DNA from: a virus
Lineage: Duplodnaviria > Caudoviricetes
Strand: one strand, 5' to 3'
Length of the DNA stretch: 26,822 nucleotides
Virus record (IMG/VR): IMGVR_UViG_3300005805_000394
Span: 1 to 26,822 of that record
Shown here: positions 16,873-25,336 of the stretch, one piece after another
Layout of the letters: the number at the start of each line of letters is the position of its first letter
Numbering within the stretch: position 1 is the stretch's first letter
Translations under genes and position numbers: made by a program
Notes under the pieces: model-generated
The model's input: only the letters and a program-made list of their open reading frames with translations
Database searches by the model: none
Told to the model about the DNA's origin: nothing

Positions 16873-17759
16873 TATGTCCACCCGATAGAGCCAGATGCGT
16901 TGAAAGTGAAAATGATGTGGGTTGCGTTCACTGTTTGTGTTGGTGAACCTGTCAGGGTTGTGGGCATCTTCGTTCCTTGCGGCTGACGAATAATCACGAC
17001 ACCTGAGCCACCTGATGAGCCGTTGTAGGAAAAGTTGTTGTAAAAAGTGCCACCGCCACCACCACCACCAGTATTCGTTCCACCAGCCGTACCGCTAAAC
17101 GGAGTTAGGTCTGTGCCGCCGTTACCGCCACCACCAGTACCACCAACGCTTGTATTGCCACCAGTGGAATCACCACCGCCACCACCACCACCACGAGTAA
17201 CTGCGCTTCCTGTGATGCTTGATGAAACACCGTCACCACCGTCACGAACAGCGTCAGTGCTACCTGCCTCACCAGCACCACCGCCGCCAGAACCCCAGTT
17301 CACAGCCGCACCACCACTGAACCCTTGTCCACTTGTTCCAGAGCCAGCCGCACCACTTCTCGTTCCGCCACCAGAACCACCTGAGTTTGCGGTTTGGGTA
17401 AGACTTCCACCACCACCACCACCAGTAGATGTGAACGACCCGAACACGCTGTTGTTCCCGTTGACTCCTCTTGCATCTGTTCCCGACCCACCAGCACCAC
17501 CACCGCCGACAGTCACCGTGTAAGTCGCACCAGAAACAACTTGGAATGCGGCTTCGGCTGATGCGCCACCACCAGAACTTTCACCAGCGACAGATGAACG
17601 ATACCCACCTGCACCACCGCCACCACCGACATTCGCACCACCGCCGCCACCTGCAACGATGACATACTCAACGGTAGGCAATCCGCCACCAACGGAAGTT
17701 CGCTTTGTCCAGCCTGTGACTGATGTGCCTGAGCGTGTGCGATCACCAAATCTGGACAC
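16872..17759 (-). CDS. Glycine-rich adhesin-like virion protein (cassette C), 295 aa
   Basis: VEYVIVAGGGGG...GGGGAGGYRSSVAGESSGGG...YTVTVGGGG...NTGGGGGG...GGSGVVIIR...HIIFTFNASGSI; closest in architecture to 14591-15526. Confidence 0.75.
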   Translation of the reverse strand: MSRFGDRTRSGTSVTGWTKRTSVGGGLPTVEYVIVAGGGGGANVGGGGGAGGYRSSVAGESSGGGASAEAAFQVVSGATYTVTVGGGGAGGSGTDARGVNGNNSVFGSFTSTGGGGGGSLTQTANSGGSGGGTRSGAAGSGTSGQGFSGGAAVNWGSGGGGAGEAGSTDAVRDGGDGVSSSITGSAVTRGGGGGGGDSTGGNTSVGGTGGGGNGGTDLTPFSGTAGGTNTGGGGGGGTFYNNFSYNGSSGGSGVVIIRQPQGTKMPTTLTGSPTQTVNATHIIFTFNASGSIGWT

Positions 17760-17768
17760 GGCAATCCT

Positions 17769-18131
17769 TTATGATACAACCGTCACATAGCCATGTAGAG
17801 TTACCACATTGGCATTTGCGGCAAAAGCTGTAATTCTTGGGGCTGTGGTTGCATTACCTGTTAGGATAAGACCGGGGATAACTAATACCAACCCGCCTTC
17901 TGCTGTAATAGTTGATTCAATAAGATCGTTAGGGCTTGTTACCCCGCCAAATTCAATTGTTAGCTTGCGATCTGCTGAATCTGTATTTTGTGCATACAAC
18001 CAGACTTCATGCTGAACTGAAGTATTTGTAGAGCCTGTGTGAACAACACATGTATTTGAAGATATTGTATTAACCAATACACCTCTACCGTTTGTTGATC
18101 CGCTAAATGGAATCTTGCTATATGTTGCCAT
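17769..18131 (-). CDS. ~120-aa adaptor-like protein (cassette C)
   Basis: MATYSKIPFSGSTNGRG...EVWLYAQN...KLTIEFGGVTSPNDLIE...GLVLVIPGLILTGNAT...ANVVTLHGYV; clear paralog of 20268-20633. Confidence 0.75.
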   Translation of the reverse strand: MATYSKIPFSGSTNGRGVLVNTISSNTCVVHTGSTNTSVQHEVWLYAQNTDSADRKLTIEFGGVTSPNDLIESTITAEGGLVLVIPGLILTGNATTAPRITAFAANANVVTLHGYVTVVS

Positions 18132-18139
18132 GTTTCTCC

Positions 18140-18421
18140 TTAACTAAAAAATTGGGTTGCTAAAATTACTTGATCGTCTTCCCAACCCGTAACCTTTGTT
18201 GTTGCAATTGCGGCATTAGAAGCGATATCTGCATTAACAATTGTACCATCCGCTATCTTATCAGAAGTAACAGCGCTATTTGCCAAAATTGCGGTTGTAA
18301 CAGTTGCATTACTTAAAGCTTGGGTATATGCCTTCCATACAGAACCATCCCAGATCCATGTACGCCCGCCACTTACAAATTGGTCATTAACAGATGGGGA
18401 ATTTGGAAAATCAATAGGCAT
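18140..18421 (-). CDS. Short fibre/anchor protein, xxDFPNxPS family (cassette C)
   Basis: MPIDFPNSPSVNDQFVSGGRTWIWDGSVW, LANSAVTSDKIADGTI repeats, and C-terminal EDDQVILATQFFS. Confidence 0.7.
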   Translation of the reverse strand: MPIDFPNSPSVNDQFVSGGRTWIWDGSVWKAYTQALSNATVTTAILANSAVTSDKIADGTIVNADIASNAAIATTKVTGWEDDQVILATQFFS

Positions 18422-18438
18422 TATTTACCTCTCAATAG

Positions 18439-18467
18439 ATATTATCATATTAGAAATAAAAACTCAA
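18439..18467 (-). promoter_or_regulatory. Sigma70/SigA-like promoter in front of cassette C
   Basis: TTGAGT (18462-18467), a 17-nt spacer ending in TGA, then TAATAT (18439-18444), in an AT-rich gap before a GAGG RBS. Confidence 0.65.
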
Positions 18468-18477
18468 TTTTCTAATA

Positions 18478-18696
18478 TTATAGATCTTCAACTGTCGGTG
18501 CGACGAATACATCGTTTACCGCATCATAGAGCCAACCAACACCGCAATAGCCACGACCCGAACCGTCTTGGAAACACTCAACCCACAGTGATGAGTCGCC
18601 GTAGCGGTCAGGGTTCGCAGTAAGGAACTCCCAAGTCACGACACGAACATCAGTGACTATGCCATTCTCAACCTTTGCGAAAGTAGGTGCGCTCAT
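18478..18696 (-). CDS. Companion protein, divergent MAHFAQ-like (cassette B), 72 aa
   Basis: FAKVENGIVTDVRVV...WVEC...GYCGVGWLYDAVNDVFVAP, sharing YDAVNDVFVAP with 16639-16872. ATGA-coupled to the upstream gene. Confidence 0.75.
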   Translation of the reverse strand: MSAPTFAKVENGIVTDVRVVTWEFLTANPDRYGDSSLWVECFQDGSGRGYCGVGWLYDAVNDVFVAPTVEDL

Positions 18697-19559
18697 ACCT
18701 TGAACCTGACGAATAACTTGCCATTAGAACCAGCCGCACCTGTACCGCTATTACCGATACCGCCACCACCGCAACCAGGGTTGGTGGGAACATTTGCGTT
18801 GCCTGTTGAACCAGCCGCACCACCTGTTCCAGCCGCCCCAGCAGTTGTATTACCGCCACCACCACCGCCTGCGGCAACATTCTCTGCCGAACCGTTGCCT
18901 GTCCAAGATGCAATGTTCACTCCGTTCCCACCTGAACCGCCTACGCCCGATGTTGAGTTTCCGCCTGCTGATGTATAGCCGCCACCACCAGCACCCGATG
19001 TGTAATCCGCTGATACACCGCCGCCTCCAGCCTTGCCGAATGACGGGTCAAGGGCATCGCCCAAGTGCGTCGTCTTGACGACCCCAGTGCTACCACCACC
19101 TGACCCACCGCTTCTGCCGTAGTTGAGTGGACCAGCACCAGCCGCAGAACGACCACCACCACCGCCACCGATAGCCGAGAGAATCGTGCCGAGATAAGTT
19201 GTCGCACCGTTGGCATCTATCGCACCGCCAGCACCGATGTCGACGGCGTATGTGGCAGCCGCAAGATAGAGAGTCGTTGTGCTAGCGAATCCCACTACCG
19301 CACCTGCGCCACCACCAGCACTAGCGTTGCTACCGCCTGCGGCATTCCCACCGCCACCGCCACCACCGATGAGCAAGACATCAAACAGACCAGACTTAGA
19401 CACGACAAGGTTGCTGTCACTTGTGAAGGTTAGAAGTGTGTACGCCTCACCACCAACCGTGATGGGTGACGATGAGCCACCTGTTGCGATGCCGTACTCG
19501 CTACCAGCCAGCACCGTGTTCCACGATGAAACATAACCGAGTTCACGGCGATTAGGCAC
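18693..19559 (-). CDS. Glycine-rich adhesin-like virion protein (cassette B), 288 aa
   Basis: EYGIATGG...YTLLTFTSDSNLVVSKSGLFDVLLIGGGGGGG...GSNGKLFVRFKV; same subtype as the domains in 21837-25330. Confidence 0.75.
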   Translation of the reverse strand: MPNRRELGYVSSWNTVLAGSEYGIATGGSSSPITVGGEAYTLLTFTSDSNLVVSKSGLFDVLLIGGGGGGGNAAGGSNASAGGGAGAVVGFASTTTLYLAAATYAVDIGAGGAIDANGATTYLGTILSAIGGGGGGRSAAGAGPLNYGRSGGSGGGSTGVVKTTHLGDALDPSFGKAGGGGVSADYTSGAGGGGYTSAGGNSTSGVGGSGGNGVNIASWTGNGSAENVAAGGGGGGNTTAGAAGTGGAAGSTGNANVPTNPGCGGGGIGNSGTGAAGSNGKLFVRFKV

Positions 19560-19561
19560 GA

Positions 19562-19756
19562 CTACTCCCCTTCGGGCAACTCAGGTGGTGGCGGTGGAAT
19601 CTGCACGACACCATTCACCACAGCCCAACCGATCGCCGCAGGACTCTCGGCAGTGTATTCAATCCATTCGCCACCTTGCGCTTGAATCCACGCATCATCA
19701 GCAACTACAACATTCACCACGATACCGTTCTCAACTTGTGCGAATGACTTGCTCAT
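19562..19756 (-). CDS. Companion protein, divergent MAHFAQ-like (cassette B), 64 aa
   Basis: FAQVENGIVVNVVVAD...WIEY...AAIGW. ATGA-coupled to the upstream Gly-rich gene. Confidence 0.7.
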   Translation of the reverse strand: MSKSFAQVENGIVVNVVVADDAWIQAQGGEWIEYTAESPAAIGWAVVNGVVQIPPPPPELPEGE

Positions 19757-20265
19757 GCTAGGTACTCAATCCATACATAGCCGCTACCACCAGCACCACC
19801 TGTTGAACCTGCTGTGCCACCGTCACCGACAGTGACGGTAATGCTTGCCGCTGGCGTGACATCAGCACCTGCGACAACATACGCACCGTCGCCAGCCAGA
19901 ACTGATTGACCGCCAGCATTAACCCCAGGGTCGGAATGACCGCTACGCCACGCACCGTTGCCGCTGTTTGCTACTCCAGCAACATTGACGATGTTGTAGG
20001 CAAATCCGTTTGCCTGATTAGCCAAGTTTCCACCTGTTGCGCTAATCGTTCCGCTTGCGAACGCAACCGAACTCGTTCCACCTGCGCCACCTGTTGAACC
20101 ACTCGTACCTGTGCCGCCGCCGCCGCCACGAATGTGCGCTACCGCATAAGTGACACCAGCAGGAACAGTCCAAGTACCCGAAGCAGTAAATCTATCTACC
20201 TTCATAACACCTCTCGTTGGAACTGATTGGATAACTTGACCTGACACATATCCTGTGAGAGCCAT
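19753..20265 (-). CDS. Short glycine-rich virion protein (cassette B), 170 aa
   Basis: FTASGTWTVPAGVT...IRGGGGG...ITVTVGDGG...GGSGYVWIEY: a minimal version of the Gly-rich domain. Confidence 0.75.
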   Translation of the reverse strand: MALTGYVSGQVIQSVPTRGVMKVDRFTASGTWTVPAGVTYAVAHIRGGGGGTGTSGSTGGAGGTSSVAFASGTISATGGNLANQANGFAYNIVNVAGVANSGNGAWRSGHSDPGVNAGGQSVLAGDGAYVVAGADVTPAASITVTVGDGGTAGSTGGAGGSGYVWIEYLA

Positions 20266-20267
20266 AG

Positions 20268-20633
20268 TTATACCGTGATCTGATTAACAAATCCATGTAT
20301 TGTAACAACATTTGCTGTTGCAGCCGCTGCTCTTACTATCAATGGAGTTGCATTACCTTTCAACAAAAGACCAGGAGCAACAGCTACCAACCCAGCTTCA
20401 GGCAGGACAGTAACTTCAATCAAATCATCAGGATCGGTAGTTCCACCCCATCCAAGTGTTAATTTAACAGAAGTAGCTGATGAATTCATTGCATATAGCC
20501 AAATTTCATCATAGGTTGATGCTGTATTGCTACCAGTGTGAATTGTAGTACCAGATGCAATTGAATTTGCCTGAACTCTAACAGGTCTTCCATCTGTTGA
20601 TGCAGAGAGTTTTTGCTTTGTAAATGTTGCCAT
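20268..20633 (-). CDS. ~120-aa adaptor-like protein (cassette B)
   Basis: MATFTKQKLSASTDGR...EIWLYAMN...KLTLGWGGTTDPDDLIE...GLVAVAPGLLLKGNAT...ANVVTIHGFVN. Confidence 0.75.
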   Translation of the reverse strand: MATFTKQKLSASTDGRPVRVQANSIASGTTIHTGSNTASTYDEIWLYAMNSSATSVKLTLGWGGTTDPDDLIEVTVLPEAGLVAVAPGLLLKGNATPLIVRAAAATANVVTIHGFVNQITV

Positions 20634-20641
20634 ATTTTCTC

Positions 20642-20941
20642 CTAACTGAACACCTGAATACTAATTATAGCACTAGCGTCATCAACTGGCGAACCAGCTT
20701 GACCCCATTCTAAACCAGTAGCGGTTGCAGAATTTGCCAAAAGAGCTTGTCCATTTGTTGCACCTGTTGGTCCAAGTTTTGAATAATGAACCGCATTATT
20801 TGCCAAATCCCCGGTTGTAATTGTACCATTAGCAGTCAAGACAGATCGCAATGACCATCCTGTACCGTCATAATACCAAGTTTTACCACCCGCCGAATAT
20901 GTATCATTTACAGACGGGGAATTTGGAAAATCAATAGCCAT
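20642..20941 (-). CDS. Short fibre/anchor protein, xxDFPNxPS family (cassette B)
   Basis: MAIDFPNSPSVNDTYSAGGKTWYYDGTGW...ANSATATGLEW...DDASAIISIQVFS. TGATG coupling to the upstream gene. Confidence 0.7.
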   Translation of the reverse strand: MAIDFPNSPSVNDTYSAGGKTWYYDGTGWSLRSVLTANGTITTGDLANNAVHYSKLGPTGATNGQALLANSATATGLEWGQAGSPVDDASAIISIQVFS

Positions 20942-21144
20942 CACACACCTCCAATGATTGCGTTGATTTCTTCATCGGTTAGACCGAGGGCTGCGAGTTT
21001 GGCTTTGGCGGATTCCTTGGCGGCAACAGCGGCTAACAACGCTTGCTCTTGGGCTTCGGCTTCGGCTGCCATTGCCTCAAACTGTGCCACTTCCTCTGGT
21101 GTTGCATCTCGAACTACATCGTCAATCTGAACTCGGTGTGTCAT
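20941..21144 (-). CDS. Small helical protein, putative fibre assembly chaperone, 67 aa
   Basis: RDATPEEVAQ...KESAKAKLAALGLTDEEINAI; helical, and directly follows the 212-aa fibre-tip-like gene. Confidence 0.6.
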   Translation of the reverse strand: MTHRVQIDDVVRDATPEEVAQFEAMAAEAEAQEQALLAAVAAKESAKAKLAALGLTDEEINAIIGGV

Positions 21145-21152
21145 GTCATGCC

Positions 21153-21791
21153 TCAGTTCTTGTAGCCGTACACGCGGATAGTTCCACCAGTCATTGTGCC
21201 GGTGGTTGTTGCAATGGTGAACGCGGTGTATTGAGTTGAGTTGTTTAGAAATCCGTTGTAAAGGTTCATGTAGCCAGTCGTGCCAGTGTCAGCTCCGCGC
21301 GATCTGAAAGTTGTTACTTTTGCCAGATTTGGTGAACCTAAAACGATTTCCGCGCTGAGCGCGTTTGTGGAGCCGTAACCAATTTCCCAATTCGTTCCAC
21401 CACCATACTGTCCAGCAACAGTCGTGGAAGTGTATTGGAGATACACGCCTGCGAAGTAATAGCCAGTCACAGTTGCACCAAGCGTCAGACGTAATCCGAC
21501 ACTGGTAGAAGCAACACCACCCTCAAGCGAAATCAAATAATTGTCGTATGTTGCGCTAAACGCATTTGATACCGTGACGCTAGAAACCGCTGAACCAATC
21601 GTTTGAGATTTAACCAGCACTAGCCCGCTTGAATGTGTATACACCCAAGCAGAACCGTTCCAAGAAGCAACACTTGCTGTATCGGTTTCATAGATCAACT
21701 GCCCTGTATATGGAACAGAAGGGCGGGTTGTAGAAGTACATACCCCCGGCTTTATAACAGAGCTTGCACCCAATACTGAACTAAACGGCAT
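21153..21791 (-). CDS. Fibre-tip / receptor-binding-like protein, 212 aa
   Basis: N-terminal module CTSTTRPSVPYTGQLIYETDT...WNGSAW plus a C-terminal beta domain (GLVLVKSQTIGSAVSSVTVSNAFSATYDNY...GTMTGGTIRVYGY). AAGGAG RBS. Confidence 0.65.
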   Translation of the reverse strand: MPFSSVLGASSVIKPGVCTSTTRPSVPYTGQLIYETDTASVASWNGSAWVYTHSSGLVLVKSQTIGSAVSSVTVSNAFSATYDNYLISLEGGVASTSVGLRLTLGATVTGYYFAGVYLQYTSTTVAGQYGGGTNWEIGYGSTNALSAEIVLGSPNLAKVTTFRSRGADTGTTGYMNLYNGFLNNSTQYTAFTIATTTGTMTGGTIRVYGYKN

Positions 21792-21836
21792 AGAAAATCT
21801 CCTTATCTATGATAATTGAAACTGGGTTATTTGTCA

Positions 21837-23597
21837 TTACAGAACCCTAAACCTTACATACACAACGCCGCCCGAACCATTCCCGCCAGCACGAACAGTT
21901 CCAGATGATGCTGCGCCACCGCCACCAGAGCCACGATTCGCTGTTGCATTTCCTCCAGCAGCATCAGATGATGCACCAGCGCCGCCAACAGATGAGCCGC
22001 CAGCACCACCGCTCCCATTCAGCCTTCCACCACCTCCGCCGCCAGCAACAAATAATGATGACCCGCCAATAAATGTGCTGACATCATATCCTGTTCCACC
22101 TGCACCGCCAGCACTTGATGTTCCATTGCCGCCAACACCGCCAGCACCACCACCACCACCCGAACCATTACCAGAACCACGACTGTTTACACCATAACCG
22201 CCATTGTTTCCTTGGGTTGCAATACCAAAACCAAAAGTGTTGCTTTGTTCAACACCACCGCCGCCACCAGAACCACCATTCTGTGAACAAACCCCATTAT
22301 TGCCCATTATTGCCCCTCCGCCTCCGCCAGCACCAGCAACACCAGTGGAACCAACGGAACCACCAACAGATGATGCTGTGCCAGATGGACCAAGTGTGCT
22401 ATTCAATGCTTGTCCTGTTCCGCCAGCACCAATAGTTACCGTCTGGTTGGAAGCAAAATACATCGTGGCTACCTGAACACCGCCAGCACCACCACCAGCA
22501 CCAGCGAAATCTGTGTTTCCCGTTCCCGTTCCTGCTCCGCCCCCACCAACACACATAACATCAAACAAACCAGGGGTTGTGACCGTCAAAGTACCTGTAG
22601 CATCAAATCTAAGATAGTTATAATTTATTCCATTAAGTGTAACTGAAGTTGGGGAAATTGCCCCACCAGTTGCTGCACCGTATCCAGCAACTGTGGCTAC
22701 AGCAGATCCAGAGACTCTTCTACGGATATAGACGATTCCTGAACCGCCCGAGCCGCCATCGTATGCTGTTGATGTTCCATTATTACGAGAACCGCCACCA
22801 CCACCACTTGCCGTGTTTGCTCCTGCTGATCCTCCAGTCGCACTACCACTAGAACCAGCACCACCTATTGATGAGCCGCCAGCACCACCAGTTCCGTAAC
22901 TACTACCACCAGCACCACCTCCGCCACCGCCACCCTTGAATAGCGAAGTTCCTCCTGTGAATGTAGATACTTCTGTGCCTGCTCCGCCTGCACCACCGTT
23001 GCCACCAGAAAAGTTAGAGCCAGCAGCACCAGTTCCTCCTCCACCACCAGCACCCTGATTGTCATTTCCACCATTTCCGCCGCCGTATCCCGATATTCCA
23101 GGAGCCATAGACGGAAATCCGATTGGATAAGTAGCCGATGTCGTTGAAGCAGTTCCACCGCCACCACACCCACCTGCAGTTGCACTGAACCTTGCATTGC
23201 CCTCAAAACCACATCCAGAGCCACCACCAGCAACAGAAACATCACCGATTACTGATGAATTTCCTTGATTGAACTGACTATTTGTGTACAAACGCATTCC
23301 AGTACCACCAGCACCAACAGTGACAGTTGTGTTTCCACTCAAATACAGTGTTGTTTGCAGTTTGCCACCTGCTCCACCACCGCCTCCTGCTGTGTCACGA
23401 CCACCACCACCGCCACCTGCAAACATAAGGACATCAAACCAACCGGGTTGAGTAACATAAAAAGTTCCGGTATTTAAAAATTCATGAACCGTATAATTAA
23501 CTCCATTGACGATTCTATTTGTGTATGTATTATCCCCACCAGATCCAATACCGTACTCTGTAGCGAGTCGTGGTTTACGTGCGCCTGAGATACTCAT
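21837..23597 (-). CDS. Tandem two-domain glycine-rich protein (cassette A), 586 aa
   Basis: Two copies of [YG.gsGG...Y..h.F..TGT..VT.PG.FDV...GGGG...GGSSLF...GG.GGSG.VY.R]. Confidence 0.8.
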   Translation of the reverse strand: MSISGARKPRLATEYGIGSGGDNTYTNRIVNGVNYTVHEFLNTGTFYVTQPGWFDVLMFAGGGGGGRDTAGGGGGAGGKLQTTLYLSGNTTVTVGAGGTGMRLYTNSQFNQGNSSVIGDVSVAGGGSGCGFEGNARFSATAGGCGGGGTASTTSATYPIGFPSMAPGISGYGGGNGGNDNQGAGGGGGTGAAGSNFSGGNGGAGGAGTEVSTFTGGTSLFKGGGGGGGAGGSSYGTGGAGGSSIGGAGSSGSATGGSAGANTASGGGGGSRNNGTSTAYDGGSGGSGIVYIRRRVSGSAVATVAGYGAATGGAISPTSVTLNGINYNYLRFDATGTLTVTTPGLFDVMCVGGGGAGTGTGNTDFAGAGGGAGGVQVATMYFASNQTVTIGAGGTGQALNSTLGPSGTASSVGGSVGSTGVAGAGGGGGAIMGNNGVCSQNGGSGGGGGVEQSNTFGFGIATQGNNGGYGVNSRGSGNGSGGGGGAGGVGGNGTSSAGGAGGTGYDVSTFIGGSSLFVAGGGGGGRLNGSGGAGGSSVGGAGASSDAAGGNATANRGSGGGGAASSGTVRAGGNGSGGVVYVRFRVL

Positions 23598-25330
23598 AGA
23601 CGGAACCTTACATAGACAATGCCTGAACCGCCGTTGCCACCGTTCTTGTTTGGTGTGCCTGCTGCACCACCGCCACCTGATGCCGTATTTGCTGCTGCTG
23701 ATGAACCTGCGGCACTATTACCGCCTGCGCCACCAACCGACGAGCCACCTGCCCCGCCGCCGCCGCCTGGTCCACCGCCACCGCCACCACCACACTTGAA
23801 TAGTTGTGAGCCGCCGATAAATGCCGACACATCGTAGCCAGCACCACCAGCACCACCAGTCGTGCCAGAGCCGTTTGCGCCAACTGCCGTAGCACCACCA
23901 CCACCACCGCCTGCCTGATTGGGCGCATTAGTGCCATCACCACCTGCAAAACCTGAAACGCTTGATGCCATTGACGCTGCACCAACACGATAGAACGCAT
24001 CAGTTGTGCCAGCACCACCGCCACCAGAACCACCTAGTTGCGCTTGTGCAAGAGAGCTATCATTGCCGTGATAGTCTGCACCAGCACCACCACCAGCAAC
24101 CGATACACCACGAGCAGAACCGATACTTGATGACGAACCGTTTAGAGCCGAAGCCGTAGTTGCGACAGCACCCGCACCACCAGCACCAATAGTGACGGTT
24201 GCATTAGCACTGAGATAAATCGTGCTTTGCAAAATGCCGCCAGCACCGCCACCGCCGACACCATAAGTGCCAGCAAAACCGATACCACCACCACCGCCAC
24301 CACCTGCACAAACCAGCACATCAAACAAACCTGGTTGCGTAATAGTCAAAGTGTCTATCGAGGTAAATTCAAGAATTCTGTAACTTACTCCGCCAACTGT
24401 TCGATCAACAGAACTTGCCCCACCAGTTGCGGTTCCATATCCATTCTTTGTATTACCAGTGTTTGTGGTGAATCCTCTGTTGGTTGCGTAACGAATGTAG
24501 ACGATTCCTGAACCGCCATTACCTGCCGTGTTATCTGTTGATGAACCAGCACCACCACCGCCTGATGCTGTATTCGCAGCAGCATTAGAACCGTTTCCCC
24601 CAGAACCACCAGCACCACCAATGGATGAACCTCCTGCGCCACCCGTTGTTGAACCACCTCCGCCACCACCTGCTGCCTTAAATAATGAAGACCCACCAAT
24701 CCATGTGGAAATGTCTACTCCAGCACCACCAGCACCGCCTGTTGAACTTGAGCCATTGCCGCCAGTTGCGCCAGCACCGCCACCGCCACCGCCAGCCATG
24801 GGCGCAGTAGATGCAGCAGTTCCAGACCCACCAGCATTGCCACCAAGACCAGCACGACCAGCCTGATTATTTGATGAACCGCCGCCACCGTTCCAACCGT
24901 CATTGCCACCAAAACGACCATCAAACTGTGAACCGCCGCCACCGCCACCAAGTGACTGAATTGCATTTATAATACCTGAAGGACTACCTGGCGCACCTGC
25001 AAGCCTTGTCCCTTGATTGCCTCCAGCACCAACAGTTATTGTTGTATTTGCACTAAGATAAATGGTACTTCTTGCTGATAGTCCTAGTGCTTGTCCGCCT
25101 CCGCCGCCACCAGTTGCACCGTAATTTCCACCAGCGCCACCGCCACCAAAAGCAAGAATGTCAAAATACCCTGGGCGTGTAACGGTAAAAGTACCAGTGT
25201 TATTAAATGTATGAATTGTGTATTCAGTTCCGCCGATTACAACACCAGTTGTGGTCGTGTCTCCACCGCTACCAGCACCATAAGAATATCCAGTTAAGGA
25301 CTTCTCGCCGTAAGCGGTAGAAAGACCCAT
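23594..25330 (-). CDS. Tandem two-domain glycine-rich protein (cassette A), 578 aa
   Basis: Same two-domain architecture as 21837-23597 and ATGA-coupled to it. Confidence 0.8.
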   Translation of the reverse strand: MGLSTAYGEKSLTGYSYGAGSGGDTTTTGVVIGGTEYTIHTFNNTGTFTVTRPGYFDILAFGGGGAGGNYGATGGGGGGQALGLSARSTIYLSANTTITVGAGGNQGTRLAGAPGSPSGIINAIQSLGGGGGGSQFDGRFGGNDGWNGGGGSSNNQAGRAGLGGNAGGSGTAASTAPMAGGGGGGAGATGGNGSSSTGGAGGAGVDISTWIGGSSLFKAAGGGGGGSTTGGAGGSSIGGAGGSGGNGSNAAANTASGGGGAGSSTDNTAGNGGSGIVYIRYATNRGFTTNTGNTKNGYGTATGGASSVDRTVGGVSYRILEFTSIDTLTITQPGLFDVLVCAGGGGGGGIGFAGTYGVGGGGAGGILQSTIYLSANATVTIGAGGAGAVATTASALNGSSSSIGSARGVSVAGGGAGADYHGNDSSLAQAQLGGSGGGGAGTTDAFYRVGAASMASSVSGFAGGDGTNAPNQAGGGGGGATAVGANGSGTTGGAGGAGYDVSAFIGGSQLFKCGGGGGGGPGGGGGAGGSSVGGAGGNSAAGSSAAANTASGGGGAAGTPNKNGGNGGSGIVYVRFRL

Positions 25331-25336
25331 TTAGGA

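Noticed and set aside
12451-25297. Poly-Val, poly-Pro and His-rich ORFs on the plus strand or alternative frames (e.g. 12451-13032, 17047-17523, 22115-22435, 24528-24866)
   Set aside because: They arise from reading Thr or Gly codon runs in other frames or on the other strand.
14591-25330. Diversity-generating retroelement or invertase shufflon acting on the adhesins
   Set aside because: No reverse transcriptase or recombinase in the window, no ~100-bp TR/VR pair differing only at adenines that I could find, and all cassettes are co-oriented with their own starts. Such elements could still lie outside the window.
14591-25330. PE_PGRS or collagen-like annotation for the Gly-rich genes
   Set aside because: No PE domain and no sustained Gly-X-Y triplets; the glycine runs are framed by beta strands in a phage structural context.
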